Shown here piece after piece: positions 39,701-50,727 of a DNA stretch of 64,000 bases (positions within the stretch are counted from its first letter, which is position 1; each line of letters begins with the position of its first letter). The stretch comes from Mobula hypostoma (Eukaryota). A model generated the notes under the pieces. It saw only the letters and a list, made by a program, of their open reading frames with translations, searched no databases and was not told the origin of the DNA. The stretch spans positions 51,338,001-51,402,000 of the forward strand of contig NC_086097.1 in assembly GCF_963921235.1 (NCBI RefSeq), in the 5' to 3' direction. Made by a program: the position numbers and the translations under genes.

Positions 39701-40109
39701 GCATATTAATCCTTTCTGTGATAGATGTTCGGGGCAGATAGCCTCTTTAACTCATATGTTTTGGTCTTGCCCTACTTTGGAAACTTTTTGGAGAGATATT
39801 TTCAATATTATTTCTAAGGTATTAAATATAGATATCTCTCCTCACCCTATTACTGCTATCTTTGGACTACCTAAAATTTCTAGTAATCTTTCCCCTTCAG
39901 CCCGTAGAATGATTGCATTTCTTACTTTAATGGCGAAAAGATGTATTTTACAACATTGGAAAGAGCTTAATGCTCCAACTACCTTTTTTTGGTTTTCTCA
40001 GACGATTTTATGTTTGAATCTGGAGAAAATTAGAAGTAACCTTTATGATTCTTCATTTAAATTTGAACAGATTTGGGGACCTTTTATTCGATATTTTCAT
40101 TTAATGTAA
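36795..40109 (+). CDS. L1 ORF2 remainder (end of APE, reverse transcriptase, Cys-rich C-terminus), 1104 aa, uninterrupted
   Basis: SRIDY, SDH, KAPGPDG, YRPISLLN, RQGCPLSP, YADD and CxxC...HMFWSC motifs. The first ~8 residues derive from the inversion junction. Confidence 0.95.
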   Translation: MERVKNLIKSANLINFFLSDSGSTDIWRFLHPQEKDFSFFSHVHHSYSRIDYFFIDSRLIPSVIKCDYDSITISDHAPLKLSIKIMANIPNNRQWRFNSLLLQDSDFVNFMNEQIELFFTINHTEDISVNTLWDTFKAYIRGQIISYSVALRKKQKQEEMVIVDKIKEIDKKYVMAPSEELYKQRTELQMEHSLLLSSSIVNQLKKTRSDFYVHSDKIGKLLANQLKSNYVKSQINQIYNQNDRLILDHVGINQTFCDFYSSLYQSESPRDSKYMNDFLDKLDFPLISQDMSSLLDTSITMDEIKNVIFSMNLGKAPGPDGFTVEFYKCFASLLIPWLYKVFEASLKLGKLPESFNRASISLILKKDKDPAQCASYRPISLLNVDSKVFSKLLANRLEKVLPSIISEDQTGFIKGRYSFYNIRTLLNIVYTPSQNVPECVISLDAEKTFDRVEWPYLFKVLEMFNFSLKFISWIKLLYYSPVASVRTNSLNSPFFPLFRGTRQGCPLSPLLFDIALEPLAIAIRESLNITGITRGLKSHKLSLYADDLLLYISNPERSIPAVLELLAQFGLFSGYKLNLSKSELFPINKHLPLYYKFPFKLINNYFSYLGIKITCKHKDLFKTNFLPLIDHITQLSSKWFPLYLTLIGRINAVKMFFLPKFLYVFQALPIFIPKSFFDKVDSKISSFIWQNKNPRLGKIHLQKAKRDGGLALPNFRFYYWAINIRHMKFWLLDRDILFIPKWVALELQSVQGYTLGSILGSSLPFDSKRLKQVSNPIVKYALRIWFQFRKFFDLNQFGLAIPILGNIFFPPSFTDRAFQTWKTKGILRFLDLFLDGSLMSFEQLSNKYNLSRIHFFRYLQVRNFLSTILTSFPMLPPIYILDSIINLNPCQKGASAMIYNIIMKLRKAPFDKIRVDWEQELGLTISVDDWGQILQLVNTSSICAKHSLIQFKVVHRAHMSKDKLARFYSHINPFCDRCSGQIASLTHMFWSCPTLETFWRDIFNIISKVLNIDISPHPITAIFGLPKISSNLSPSARRMIAFLTLMAKRCILQHWKELNAPTTFFWFSQTILCLNLEKIRSNLYDSSFKFEQIWGPFIRYFHLM

Positions 40110-40697
40110 TATTTACCCTTCTTGTTTTTTCTTCACTGTTTTAATGGAGGTCGGGATTGAGGACGTGATTTTAAGTTTAACTCTGTTTGGTTTCAAGTTA
40201 GCCCATTGCTTTGCTTTGCTTTTAGTTAGTTGCACGGTGGGTTTTTTTTGGGGTTTTTTTTTTTTTCTTTTTTTTTCCATTGATATATATAAAATTTAGT
40301 ATACTATTATGTTATCTTGGTTTCTTATGCTTAAATTACATTGTTTGTAGTATTTTCTTTTTGGTATTGTTATCTTTTGGAATTTTATTATACTTTAACA
40401 TTGTATTAATGTTTATATGGCTTACCTTTTTTGTATACTTACTCAATAAAAAGATTTAAAAAGAAAGAAAGAAAGACTGTGAGATAAGGACAAAACCCTG
40501 GAAATGCCAATATATCAGGCATCATCTATGGAAAGAGAAACAGGGTTATTATGCCCAGAACTACACATAATACAGTATTCTAAATTTGGTTTCACCAATG
40601 TCTTATGCAACGTCAACATAACATCCTAAATCCTGTACTCGGTACTTTGATTTATGAAAGCCAATGTGTCAAAAGCTCTCATTATGATCCCAATATA

Positions 40698-42102
40698 CAG
40701 TGCCTATAAAAAAGTATTCACCCCCCCTTGAAAAAACAGATCTCTACAAAGTGATCTAAATTAATTACAAATTTAAACCACAATATAGTTGATTGCATAA
40801 GTATTCACCCCTTTTAATATGGCACACCAAATCATCACTGGTTTCAGAAGTCACATAATTAGTTAAATGAAGATTGCCTTGTGTAGTCAAGGCATTTCAA
40901 TTGATTGTAGTAAAAGTACACCCGAATCTGGAAAGGTCCAACTGCTGGTCAATCAGTAACCCCTCAAAAACTGTATCATGAAAACAAAAGAACATTCAAA
41001 CCAACTGCGCGAAAAGGTTATTGAAAAGCACAAGTCAGGAGATGGATGCAAGAAAATTTCCAAGTTACTGGATATCTCTTGGAGTAGTTAAGTCAATCAC
41101 CAAGAAATGGAAAGAATACGTCACAGCTATAAATCTGCCTAGAGCAGGCGATCATCAAAACGTGAGTGACCGTGCAAGAAGGGAACTGGTGAGGGAGGCT
41201 ACCAAGAGACCTATGACAAATCTGAAGGAGTTACAAGCTTCAGTGGCTAAGATGGAAGAGACTACGCATACAATAACCGTTGCCCAGGTGCTTCACCAGT
41301 CACGGCTTTATGGGAGAGTGGCAAAGAGAAAGCCACTGTTGAAAAAATCTCACATGAAATCTCGGCTAGTTTGTTAGAAGGCATGTGGGAAATTCTGAAG
41401 TCAGCTGGAAGAAAGTTCTATGATCTGATGAAAACAAAATTGAGCTTTTTGGCCAGCAACTAAACGCTATGTTTCGTATAAGCCAAACACCGTGCATCAA
41501 AAACACACCATCCCAACCGTAAAGCATGGCTGTGGCTACATCATGCTATGGGGATGCTTCAATGCAGCAGGCCCTGGAAGGCTTGTGAAGGTAGAGGGTA
41601 AAATGAATACAGCAAACAACAGGGAAATCCTGGAGGAAAACCTGATGCAGTCTGCAACTTGGGAGATTTGTTTCCCAGCAAGATAATGACCCAAGCATAA
41701 AGCCAATGCTACATAGGAATAGCTCAAAAACAAGAAAGTTAATGTCCTGGAGTGGCCAAGTCAGAGTCCTTTCCTCAATCCAATTGAGAATTTGCGGCTG
41801 GACTTGAACAGGACTGTTCACTCACAATCCCCACGCAATCTGACAGAGCTTGAGCAGTTTTGTAAAGAAGGGGATAAATTGCAGTGTTCAGATGTGCAAA
41901 GCTGATGGAGACCAATACTAATGCAATCAACTATTTTGTGGTTTATATTTGTAATTAATTTAGATCACTTTGTAGAGATCTGTTTCAACTTTGACAAGAG
42001 AGTCTTTTTGTGTTGATCAGTGTCAAAAAAAAAGTCAAATTAAATCCACTGTGATTCCATGTTGTAAAATAATAAAACATGAAAAATTCCAAGGGGGCAC
42101 TA
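40698..42102 (+). mobile_element. Tc1-type DNA transposon with long IR/DR terminal repeats, decayed transposase
   Basis: Begins TA|CAGTGCCTATAAAAAAGTATTCACCCC and ends GGGGGCACTA|TA. Inner repeat AAGTATTCACCCC near 40800; 40733-40798 is inverted against ~41920-41986. Frameshifted peptides GRVAKRKPLL, PTVKHGCGYIMLWGCF and [13 protein letters not shown]. Confidence 0.9.
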
Positions 42103-43901
42103 TACCTGTGATGCTAATTTCAAGGAATTATGGATCTTTATTGCCAGATCACCCCGTTCTATCACACTCCTCAGTGCTCTACTGTTCATCATTTATGTCC
42201 TAGCCTGGTTTGTCCTCCCAAAGTGCAACATCTGCATTAAATTCCACTTGTTATTTTTTAGCCCATTTTTATAGCTGGTCCAGATCCTACTGCAAGCTTT
42301 AATAGCCTTCCTCACTGTCCACTACACCCTCAATCTTAATCTGCGAATTTGTTGATCCTGTTTACCACATTATTTCTGGGTCATTGATACAGATGACAAA
42401 CAACAGACCCAGTGGAACACACTAGTCACAGGGCTCTAGTCTGAGAGGCAACCACCTACTACCTTTCTCTGGCTTCTCTCGTGAAGCTGATGTCCATCCA
42501 ATTTACTACCTCATCCTGAATGTTAAGTGATTGAACCTTCTTGATCAATCTCCCACGTGGTCCTCTGTCAAAGGCCTTGCTAAAGTCCATGTTCTGCCTT
42601 GCCTTCATCAACTTTGCTGGTAACTTCCTCAGAAAAAACCCACTCTAAAATTGGATATGACCTACCACACACAAAGTTCAAGTTTAATTGTCGTTCAACC
42701 ATACAGCTAAATGAAAGTGTTTCTCTGTAGCGAAGTTGCAAAACACGATAGAATACGGTAACAAACAGGACACAGCACATATAGTTATGACAGCACATTC
42801 AGCCACAAAAATGTTAACACAAGTTCTTGAGTGGCATTACCTGAGGATTGATGGTGCATGAGATGTTGTCCCGAAGCCATGTTTGTGCAAGAACAAGCAC
42901 ACAAAAGTTCCTCATCCTGAGCTGGGTCAGCCTCAGCTGTAGGCAATCTAACTTGTTTTCAAGGGAGTGAAGACTGGAGAGCAGCCTCGATGGGGGAGCG
43001 GGCCTGCAGGGGGCAGCCCCAAACCAGAATGGATTCCAGCATGCCTTCTGCACCTCTGTTATCTCCCATGCCACCTGCAGTGCCTCCCCAGGTGTTTGAA
43101 ACAGGTGACACCATGGTATGAGGGCCTGGTCCGTGCAATCACCAAGGCCATGTTGACTAACACTAGTCAATCTCTGTCTATTTGAATACTTATATATCTT
43201 GTCCCTTGGAATATCTTCCAATAACTGATGTCAGGCTTACTGAACTATCATTTCCCTGCTTATTCTTGAAACCTATCTTAAACAATGGAACAACATTAGC
43301 CATCCTCCAATCCTCCGGCACCTCACCCATGGCTGAGGAATTTTTAAATACCTCTGCCAGGGCCCTTGCAATTTCTGCATTAGTTTCCCACAAGGTCCAA
43401 GGGAACACCTTATCCATCCAAAATTGTTTCAAGACAGTAAACTGTATATGGTCCTCTGTAATCTGTATATGGTCCATGACTGTTTTGCCTCACTTCTATA
43501 GACTGTCTGTCTCCAAAGTAAATACAGATGTAAAAAATCTATTTAAGATCTCCCACAACTCTTTTGGCTCCATGCATAGATGACCACCCTGATCTTCAAG
43601 AGGACTAATTTTATCCCTTGCTAACCTTTTGCTCTTAATATGTCTGTGGAAGCCCTTGGGATTCTCCTTTATCTTGTCTGCTGGAGCAATGTCTTGCCTT
43701 CTTTTAACCCTCCTGATTGCTTGAATCTTAGCTGCAGTATTGATAACATACTATAGCAGCACAGATGCCATGCTTACTTTATGTCTGCCTTGAGAGAAGA
43801 ATAAAAATCTTAACCCTGGTTACACATTTGTGCCACATCTGTCTTTTTGCATTGTATAGTTAAGTGAATGAGACCAGTCTAATCATTAACTAAGCAAGTT
43901 G

Positions 43902-43907
43902 TTTATT
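43902..43907 (-). terminator. Candidate PYGL polyadenylation signal (AATAAA), implying a 3' UTR of about 750 nt
   Basis: tttatt on + strand at the end of a non-repetitive stretch downstream of the stop codon, just before CR1 sequence resumes. Confidence 0.6.
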
Positions 43908-44632
43908 TTTACATCAAATACATGAATGAACAGAGTACAACTTCCACAGCTATTTCAAATACAAAAATCAACTGCTTTAGGCCACTGTTATAATAAGCAA
44001 AAGCAACTTTGACATCAACTATTCTATTATCATGTGTCACCTGTAATTGTCACTAGTTTCTCTTCCCCCCAACCACCCCAATTCTGGATACTTAAGATTG
44101 ACTGACCATTGCCGGTGGCAGAAGACAATAGAGAAAAAATAAACAAGAATTGCCGATCAGACTCAAGAGCAAAGGGGAAAAGCTCGGGGTGAAGGAGGTG
44201 CACAGGTAAGGAAGGCTTTCAGGCTCTAGATCAAAGTTTTAGAATTAATGTACTGGAGATGACTGAGAAAGATGACTGTTTGCAGACATTGACATGAGTA
44301 AGTTGTTTACAGGCAGTAGAACTGCAAGTCAGTTTCGAAGATGAAACTCGATGAAGTGTTTAAGCAAATGATCTTAAAGCTATTAAATATGTTAGAGGAT
44401 TCCAATATACTGGCCAGATGGTCACAAAAGAAACCTGCCTGACAGGCAATAGAAATTAAGTCCTCTAAAAACTAGGTAGTTTCCAACTGTAAATAGCAAA
44501 CAATCTCAAACATTAAACAAATTCCAAGCTTAAAAAGCTATATTTGGTTTTAACAGCTTATAAAAGACAGTGAGCTTGCTGTTATTTCCCCTTTGCACCT
44601 CTTATCACAAAATATTCAAGGTTTCAGAAGTT

Positions 44633-44788
44633 CTAGGTGTCTTTTAGTTCATTAGGAAGAGGGATCTTCAATGCTTTGGGTTCTACACCCCAGACTTCAT
44701 GGGCATATTCAGTGACAGTACGATCACTAGAGAACTTCCCAGAGGAAGCAATGTTTTTTATAACCACTTTGGTCCATTCTATTGGGTT
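44633..44788 (-). CDS. PYGL: Glycogen phosphorylase, terminal coding exon
   Basis: [37 protein letters not shown]...KDT*, with the phosphorylase motif GKFSSDRT. Acceptor tctctttacag|AAC, stop TAG at 44633-44635. Isoform call rests on adjacency to NIN (PYGB sits beside NINL instead). Confidence 0.9.
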   Translation of the reverse strand, partial: NPIEWTKVVIKNIASSGKFSSDRTVTEYAHEVWGVEPKALKIPLPNELKDT

Positions 44789-45019
44789 CTGTAAAGAGAT
44801 TTTATATACAGACATATTAAAATTGCAATATTTGGTTATGCACTTCAAAAGGGGATATATAGGTAAATATACATTACCAAATCTCCACCCCAATGAGCTG
44901 CTCTGCTCATAAATGGCTATGCCTATTACACATGCAGGCTTAATTTGAAAATAAAGTAAGATGGGACAGTTGTTTCAACGTTCCTTTCTCAGTTTTCGCC
45001 TCATATTTCTGAAGCATTT

Positions 45020-46040
45020 AAGTAGAATTCTGTGGAATTCATTGCTGCGGATAGCTGTGGAGGCCAAGTCAGCAGGGGTATTTAGGGTGGAGGTTGGTAG
45101 GTTCTTGATTAGTAAGGGCATCAAAGGTTATGAGGAGAAGGCAGGAGAATGGAGTTGAAAGGGAAACTAAATCAGTCATGATTAATATGGAGCAGACTCC
45201 ATAGGCTGAATGGCCTAATTTGTTCCAATGTCTTATGGACTAAGTATGGGAACATCAAAAAGCCAAGTGTTGGGGATTTACTTCTTCTTCATCTAGGTAA
45301 CTGAACTACAGAACTATAAGTATACACTGAGGGAGAGTATAATTAACACCAATAATTACAAACTTCTTGACTTCTTTAGACCAAATGCTTCCTAAAAAGT
45401 AAAATCTTTGATCTAATTAAATATAAACTTTAAAATTTTTTTGATAGGCTTTGATCACAAACACTCAATTTAAGCAGTTGATTTGATAATAGTCGGCCAC
45501 ATTTTTAGTCTTAGCGTTGTTAAGAATATTCTTACCGTACTTATTTGCTTAAATGAGATGGAAAAGGGGCAGATATATTGGCATTGGAGACATTCAAAAT
45601 AAATTCACTGTGCTAATGAGAATATTGTCCTAATATGGAAAGTTAAAAAAAAATAGATCAATGTTCTTTGGAATTTTGAAGAATTAGCGGTGATCTTATT
45701 AAAGCATATAAGATCCTGAAAAGGCTGGACAGAGAAGATGTTATGATATTTCCACAAGTGGGAGAATCTTGAATGAGGGGATACAGTTATAGAAATAAAA
45801 TCTGTTATTTAAAACTAAGGCATGAAGGAACTTCATCCCACAAAGGGTGATGAATCTTTGAGGGTTTTGTAGGCTAGGCCATTGCGAATATTTAAATAAG
45901 TATATAAATTCTTGAAAGCTTAGGAAATTGAAGCTATTGAGAATTGGCACAGAGAAGGAGATAAGGTCTTGGGCAGATTAGCCATGATCATATCAAATGG
46001 TGGGGCAGGATTGAGGGGCCAAGTAACCTACTCTTGCTCC
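45020..46040 (+). mobile_element. Two CR1 3' fragments in the last PYGL intron
   Basis: AATTCTGTGGAATTC...GGCCAAGTC...GATTAGTAAGGG and CAGCCATGAT/GAATGGCCTA tail motifs shared with other CR1 copies. Confidence 0.65.
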
Positions 46041-46383
46041 TTTTTAAAATGTTTTTACATACAAAATCCACTCAACAGTATATTTTGATGTTACCAAACT
46101 GGCAATTGTAGCATTATTGATTCGTAATGAGTGAACATTACTCACTTGCTACATTGGGAGCTGGTGACTCCATTCTCAACTGAGAAACAAATACGAATTT
46201 CAAACCCCACATTCTGTCTTCCCTATTAGGTTTAACTACTTAATATATTCCTTTATGACTTGCAATCTGGAAATTTTTCTCTTATCTGGTACTTTGATAA
46301 AGATTGAAAATGTAGACTGGAACAGAAGGCTAAGAAGTTAAGCCTTAGAAAAAAATAAAGATTCAAGAGTAAAATAATCTAAC

Positions 46384-46450
46384 CTGATATAACCGGTTAA
46401 CTTTCTCCTGAGTTTCCATGTATGACTGAAAATCAGCAAACACTTTGAAC
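46384..46450 (-). CDS. PYGL: Glycogen phosphorylase, penultimate exon (67 bp)
   Basis: (R)FKVFADFQSYMETQEKVNRLYQ; acceptor ttttacatccag|G, donor CAG|GTTAGA; phases join both neighbours in frame. Confidence 0.92.
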
Positions 46451-47141
46451 CTGGATGTAAAAGTAATTAAAGAGTGTTTATTTCTCAATATAAGGATAAT
46501 TGTTAATGAATTAGATTGTGAACTAGCTACAATTGTACAGCAATAACTACACTGTACTTGTAACAAATTGAGGTTGATTCTCCATCTACTATTGCTGACC
46601 ATATACTGTACTGTCTTCTGAAAAGAGGGGAATGTTTTAGCAACATTCTTGGATTCAGTTTGCATACTGATATTGATATCAATGATATTAATATAATGAA
46701 ATTGATAGTGTCATTGCGTGGAATCGGAGTGAGAGATGTAGATATGTGCACGCTTGAGGTTATTTAATATTAGGCAGAAATTATGATTGAGTATATAAGA
46801 CAGATCAGTTCTTGAGACATGAAATTTGATGATTATTCTTTGACATTAATCACCATGTGCACCTCATCTGTGTTGTTTGTGATGTCAATTTTTCAAAGCT
46901 TAAAGCCTTCCATCTCCTGCCCAAGTGGCAGTGGGAGGAAGTTAAGTAATCTAAGTTTGGCTTTGATTAGCGTTGGTTAGTTTCAGCTGGAGTTAGCCAT
47001 GTATGAAACTGGACCCTATGGATAATATCTAAGGCATTGATCAGAATTTGAATCAGGATGATGTCATTAAAGCAGAAATGTTGTGTGCATCCTGCACCAG
47101 GTGAAAAAGTAGCCAATGATTTTTAAGGTTTCAGTAATTAC

Positions 47142-47276
47142 CTATCATGGTGAAACAGCATAGTCAGAATATCTCTGAAAAGATCAGGCTGATTCGGAGA
47201 AAAATATCCACCTGCAATCTGATCGATCACCTGCTTCAATTCTGGAATCTTTTCATAAAACTCTGTGGCATTATAT
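47142..47276 (-). CDS. PYGL: Glycogen phosphorylase internal exon (135 bp; not in the ORF track)
   Basis: Manual translation (G)[44 protein letters not shown](R); acceptor ttttacag|A, donor AG|GTAATT. Confidence 0.92.
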
Positions 47277-48419
47277 CTGTAAAATTATCAACATAAATTA
47301 GGAACATGTGTTCTTGGCAGACATGTGGCAGTAAGGACCAAATATGCTAGACTACTGCAATAATAATTTGAAAAATAACAGAAATATTAGATTTTTTATG
47401 ATACCCAATTTTAAGTATCTACATATATATTTATTTTTCAGCATCAGACTTCCTAATACTATGTATTTATCAACATTCTATCACCTACCTCATAACTGGG
47501 AAGGGTTAACAGCAAAATTGGGAGGGAGCTGGGGAAATGAGGCTACAAGGTGAGCCTGGTAAAAAGTGCAGTTAACACAACAAACAAGACGACTTGTTAT
47601 TTCCACCTTTTACTTTCCAAAGGTGTACAATAAAATCTACGGCTGCAGTAAAACTGCAGTATATCTAATCTACTGTCTACACATTCTGTTTCTCTCCTAC
47701 TTGTGATTTGATTAAGCATTTATTCTTCATTCTTTTAAGAGGAGAAAGATGATGTAGAGGCATATGAGCAAATCAGGAGGCGGAAAGATATTAAAATGAG
47801 TTTCTGGACTTAGTATAAGGAACCATTTGATAAGGAATCATGGAAAATGAAGACACACTATAAATCTGAAATGCTCAGCCTGGAAGAAACATTTGGAACA
47901 AAAAGACCAAAAAGTTACAACCACATGCATTGCCCTTTTCTCTCTCCTATCTATTGCTTAAGCACCCTACTATTACAGTGGATAAATTTGAACTAAACCT
48001 TTAAAATTAAGCTACAAGAGAGAACTATTTATACAGATGATTCCATTTTTTGACTTTGATTGTGTGTGTGTGTATGTATATGCCCTATCCCCCCTTTTCC
48101 ATTTCATTTCCCGTATCCACATACCGTTAAGGAATAATGGAAAATGTATGTAGACTGTGAGGCCTGATGCCATCTCACCAGATTGTTACCATAATCTTCA
48201 CTTTAGATTGGATATTATGCACAAAACGATAAAACATTGGCTCTGTTTTGGCTTTATTTTGGCATTACCTGACCTGTTGACGTGTCCCATAGCTCTGCAA
48301 TTGGCAACCTATTTTAGCTCATCATTAAAATTTTTTTTTACCTCAAATCTCAGTATCTTTTTGTGGCACAAATTAACAGTAAAGAGAGGGCATATAATAG
48401 AGCAAAAATTAATGGGAAG

Positions 48420-49885
48420 TTAGAGGACTGGAAAGCTTTTAAAACTCAACAGAAGGCAACTTAAAAAAAGTAAATAAGAAGGTAAGGATGGAATACAAAA
48501 GTAAGTGAGCCAATAATATTAAGAGAATACTAAAAGTTTCTTCAGATACATAGTGTAAAGAGAGGTGAGAGTGGATGTCAGACCATTGGAGAGGTGGTAA
48601 TGGGGGAACAACGAAATGCCAGATGAATTGAATAAGGATTTTGCATCAGTCTTTACTGTGGAAGGCACTAGCAGTATGGTGGAAATTCCAGCTGTCAAGG
48701 GGCATGAAGTGTGTGAAACTGCCATAACTAGAGAGAAGGTTCTTGGGAAACTGAAAGGTCTGAAGGTTAATAAGTCACTTGGACCAGACGGTGTACACCC
48801 CAGAGTTCTGAAAGATGTGGCTGAAGAGATTATGGAGGCATTAGTAATGATCTTTCAAGGATCACTAGATTCTGGAATGGTTTTGCAAGACTGGAAAACT
48901 GCAACTATGTTGGTACCAATTCTTTTTATATTATATGGCAATGGTTTGGATGATGGAATTGATGGCTTTACAAAGTTTGTAGACAATATAACCAATGGTG
49001 GAGGGGCAGGTAGTTTTGTGGAAGTAGACAGGCTACAGAAGGACATAGACAGATTGGGAGAATGGGCAATGAAATGGCAGATGGAATACAGTATCGGGAA
49101 GTGTACGGTCATGTACTTTGGTAGAAGAAATGAAAGGGTTGACTATTTTCTAAATGAAGAGAAAATACAAAAAACTGAGGTGCAAAGGGACTTGGGAAGC
49201 CTTGTGCAGGGTTTCCTAAAGGTTGATTTTCAGGTTGAGTCTATGGTGAGGAAGGCAAGTGCAATGTTGGCATTCATTTCAAGAGGAATAGAATATAAAA
49301 ATAAGGATGTAATGTTGAGACCTCATAAAGCACTGGTGAGGCCTCATGTGGAGTATTGTGAACAGGTTTGGACTGCTTATCTTAGAAAGGATGTGCTAAA
49401 ACTGTAGAGGGTTCAAAAGGGGTTCACAAAAGTGATTCCAGGAGTGAATGGCTCGTCATATGAAGAGGATTTGATGGCTCTGGGACTGTATTCACTAGAG
49501 TTTAGAAGAATGAGGGATGACCTCATTGAAACCTATGGAATGGCCATGATAGAGTAGATGTAGAGAGGATGTTTCCTATCATGGGAGAATCTAAGATCAG
49601 AGGACATAGGCTTAGAATAGAGGGGTTTCCTTTAAGAACAGAGGGATTTTTTTAGCCAGAGAGTGGTGAATCTGTGGAATTCTTTGCCAAAGCAGCCGTG
49701 GAGACCAAGTCTTCAAGTACATTTAAGGCAGAGGCTGATAGATTCTTGATTGGTCAGGGTATGAAGGGATATGGGGAGAAAGCAGGAGATTGGGGCTGAG
49801 AGAAAAATTGGATCAGCCATGATGAAATGGCACAGCAGACTCAATGGGCCAAATGGCCTATTTCTACTCCTATATCTCATGGACT
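48420..49885 (+). mobile_element. CR1 LINE fragment with internal deletion
   Basis: KSLGPDGVHPRVLK...DWKTA joined directly to the downstream RT part; ALVRPHVEYC; CR1 3' UTR. Confidence 0.85.
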
Positions 49886-50519
49886 TATTAAACTGAGAAT
49901 CTGGACCTATAACTGCCCTAGTAATCCACTGACAGGACAATTTCTGCAACTTAGTTTTGCAGCAATTCTTGGCCTCACTACTTCTTTGTCTTTATGATCT
50001 AAACCGCCCCTTCACCAACTCTTCTGCTTCTACCTTCTCTGTAGTTTGATAGTAACTTGCTTGTGTTTATTCCCCCATTCGAACAAAGGGCCTACAACTT
50101 GAAGTACTAATTCTATTTTCCTTTCCAGATGCTGCCTGATGTTTTGAGTATTTCCAGCAGTTTGTGTTTTTTTCTCATTTTGTGTCAAGATTAATACTTG
50201 TAAAACACAAAGCTGATGGGTATGTGTAGTCATTAAATGATGCCTAGTACGATTATTACTAGCTGATGATGAACAGACAATAACAATGTCAATTTTAGTT
50301 AATGGGCGATCAGTCACGTAATTTCTAACGTGGGCTTTATAAACTAGGTTTGAAATGTTAAAAGATTAGTGTGGTTATTTAATTACAGCAAAGGATACTA
50401 CCATATACATTCACTACTTCACTTGTTTGCAGAGTTATTCATTGTAATAGAATCCAAACAATTTCTCATTCACTACAAATGAAACACGTTAACTCTTACA
50501 ATTGTTACTGAAAACATAC

Positions 50520-50727
50520 CCCTTCCTGTCCAGCTCCTGTACTTCGTGAATCCTCATGCCAAAAATGAACAAATTGTTTTCACCAGCTTCCTCTGCCATT
50601 TCCACATTTGCTCCATCCATAGTGCCAATAGTCAAGGCACCATTCACCATGAACTTCATATTCCCTGTGCCAGAAGCCTCTGTGCCAGCTGTTGAGATTT
50701 GCTGTGACAGGTCAGTTGCTGGGATGA
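50520..50727 (-). CDS. PYGL: Glycogen phosphorylase internal exon (208 bp) containing the pyridoxal-phosphate lysine motif
   Basis: [56 protein letters not shown] contains the EASGTGNMK signature; acceptor ttatttgcag|T, donor GG|GTATGT. No further upstream exon was recognised before 64000. Confidence 0.95.

Larger units (their letters stand above)
34560..40474 (+). mobile_element. Near full-length L1 retrotransposon with inverted 5' part (34560-~36806 minus; ~36818-40474 plus)
   Basis: 16-bp TSD GACTGTGAGATAAGGA at 34544-34559 and 40475-40490. ORF1 and the APE N-terminus are on minus; the remainder of ORF2, 3' UTR, AATAAA (40445) and A/(GAAA)n tail are on plus. Confidence 0.95.
33940..43720 (-). 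mobile_element. One CR1 copy split by later insertions (pieces ~33940-34428, 40553-40697, 42105-42672, 43140-43720)
   Basis: CR1 RT-like sequence resumes collinearly on either side of each insert (e.g. TTCCTGTAGGTA...CCAGAACTACACA; TATA|CCTGTGATG; CCACACACAAAG...CCATGTTGACTA). Confidence 0.7.

Noticed and set aside
2300..50170. Additional hammerheads in older PLE-like tails (near 2310, 3250, 8195, 20375, 22140, 29420, 50085)
   Set aside because: Catalytic boxes too degraded to support a ribozyme call.
44633..50727. Calling the phosphorylase PYGB or PYGM
   Set aside because: Sequence alone is not decisive and some residues are PYGB-like, but adjacency to NIN favours PYGL; a phylogeny would settle it.
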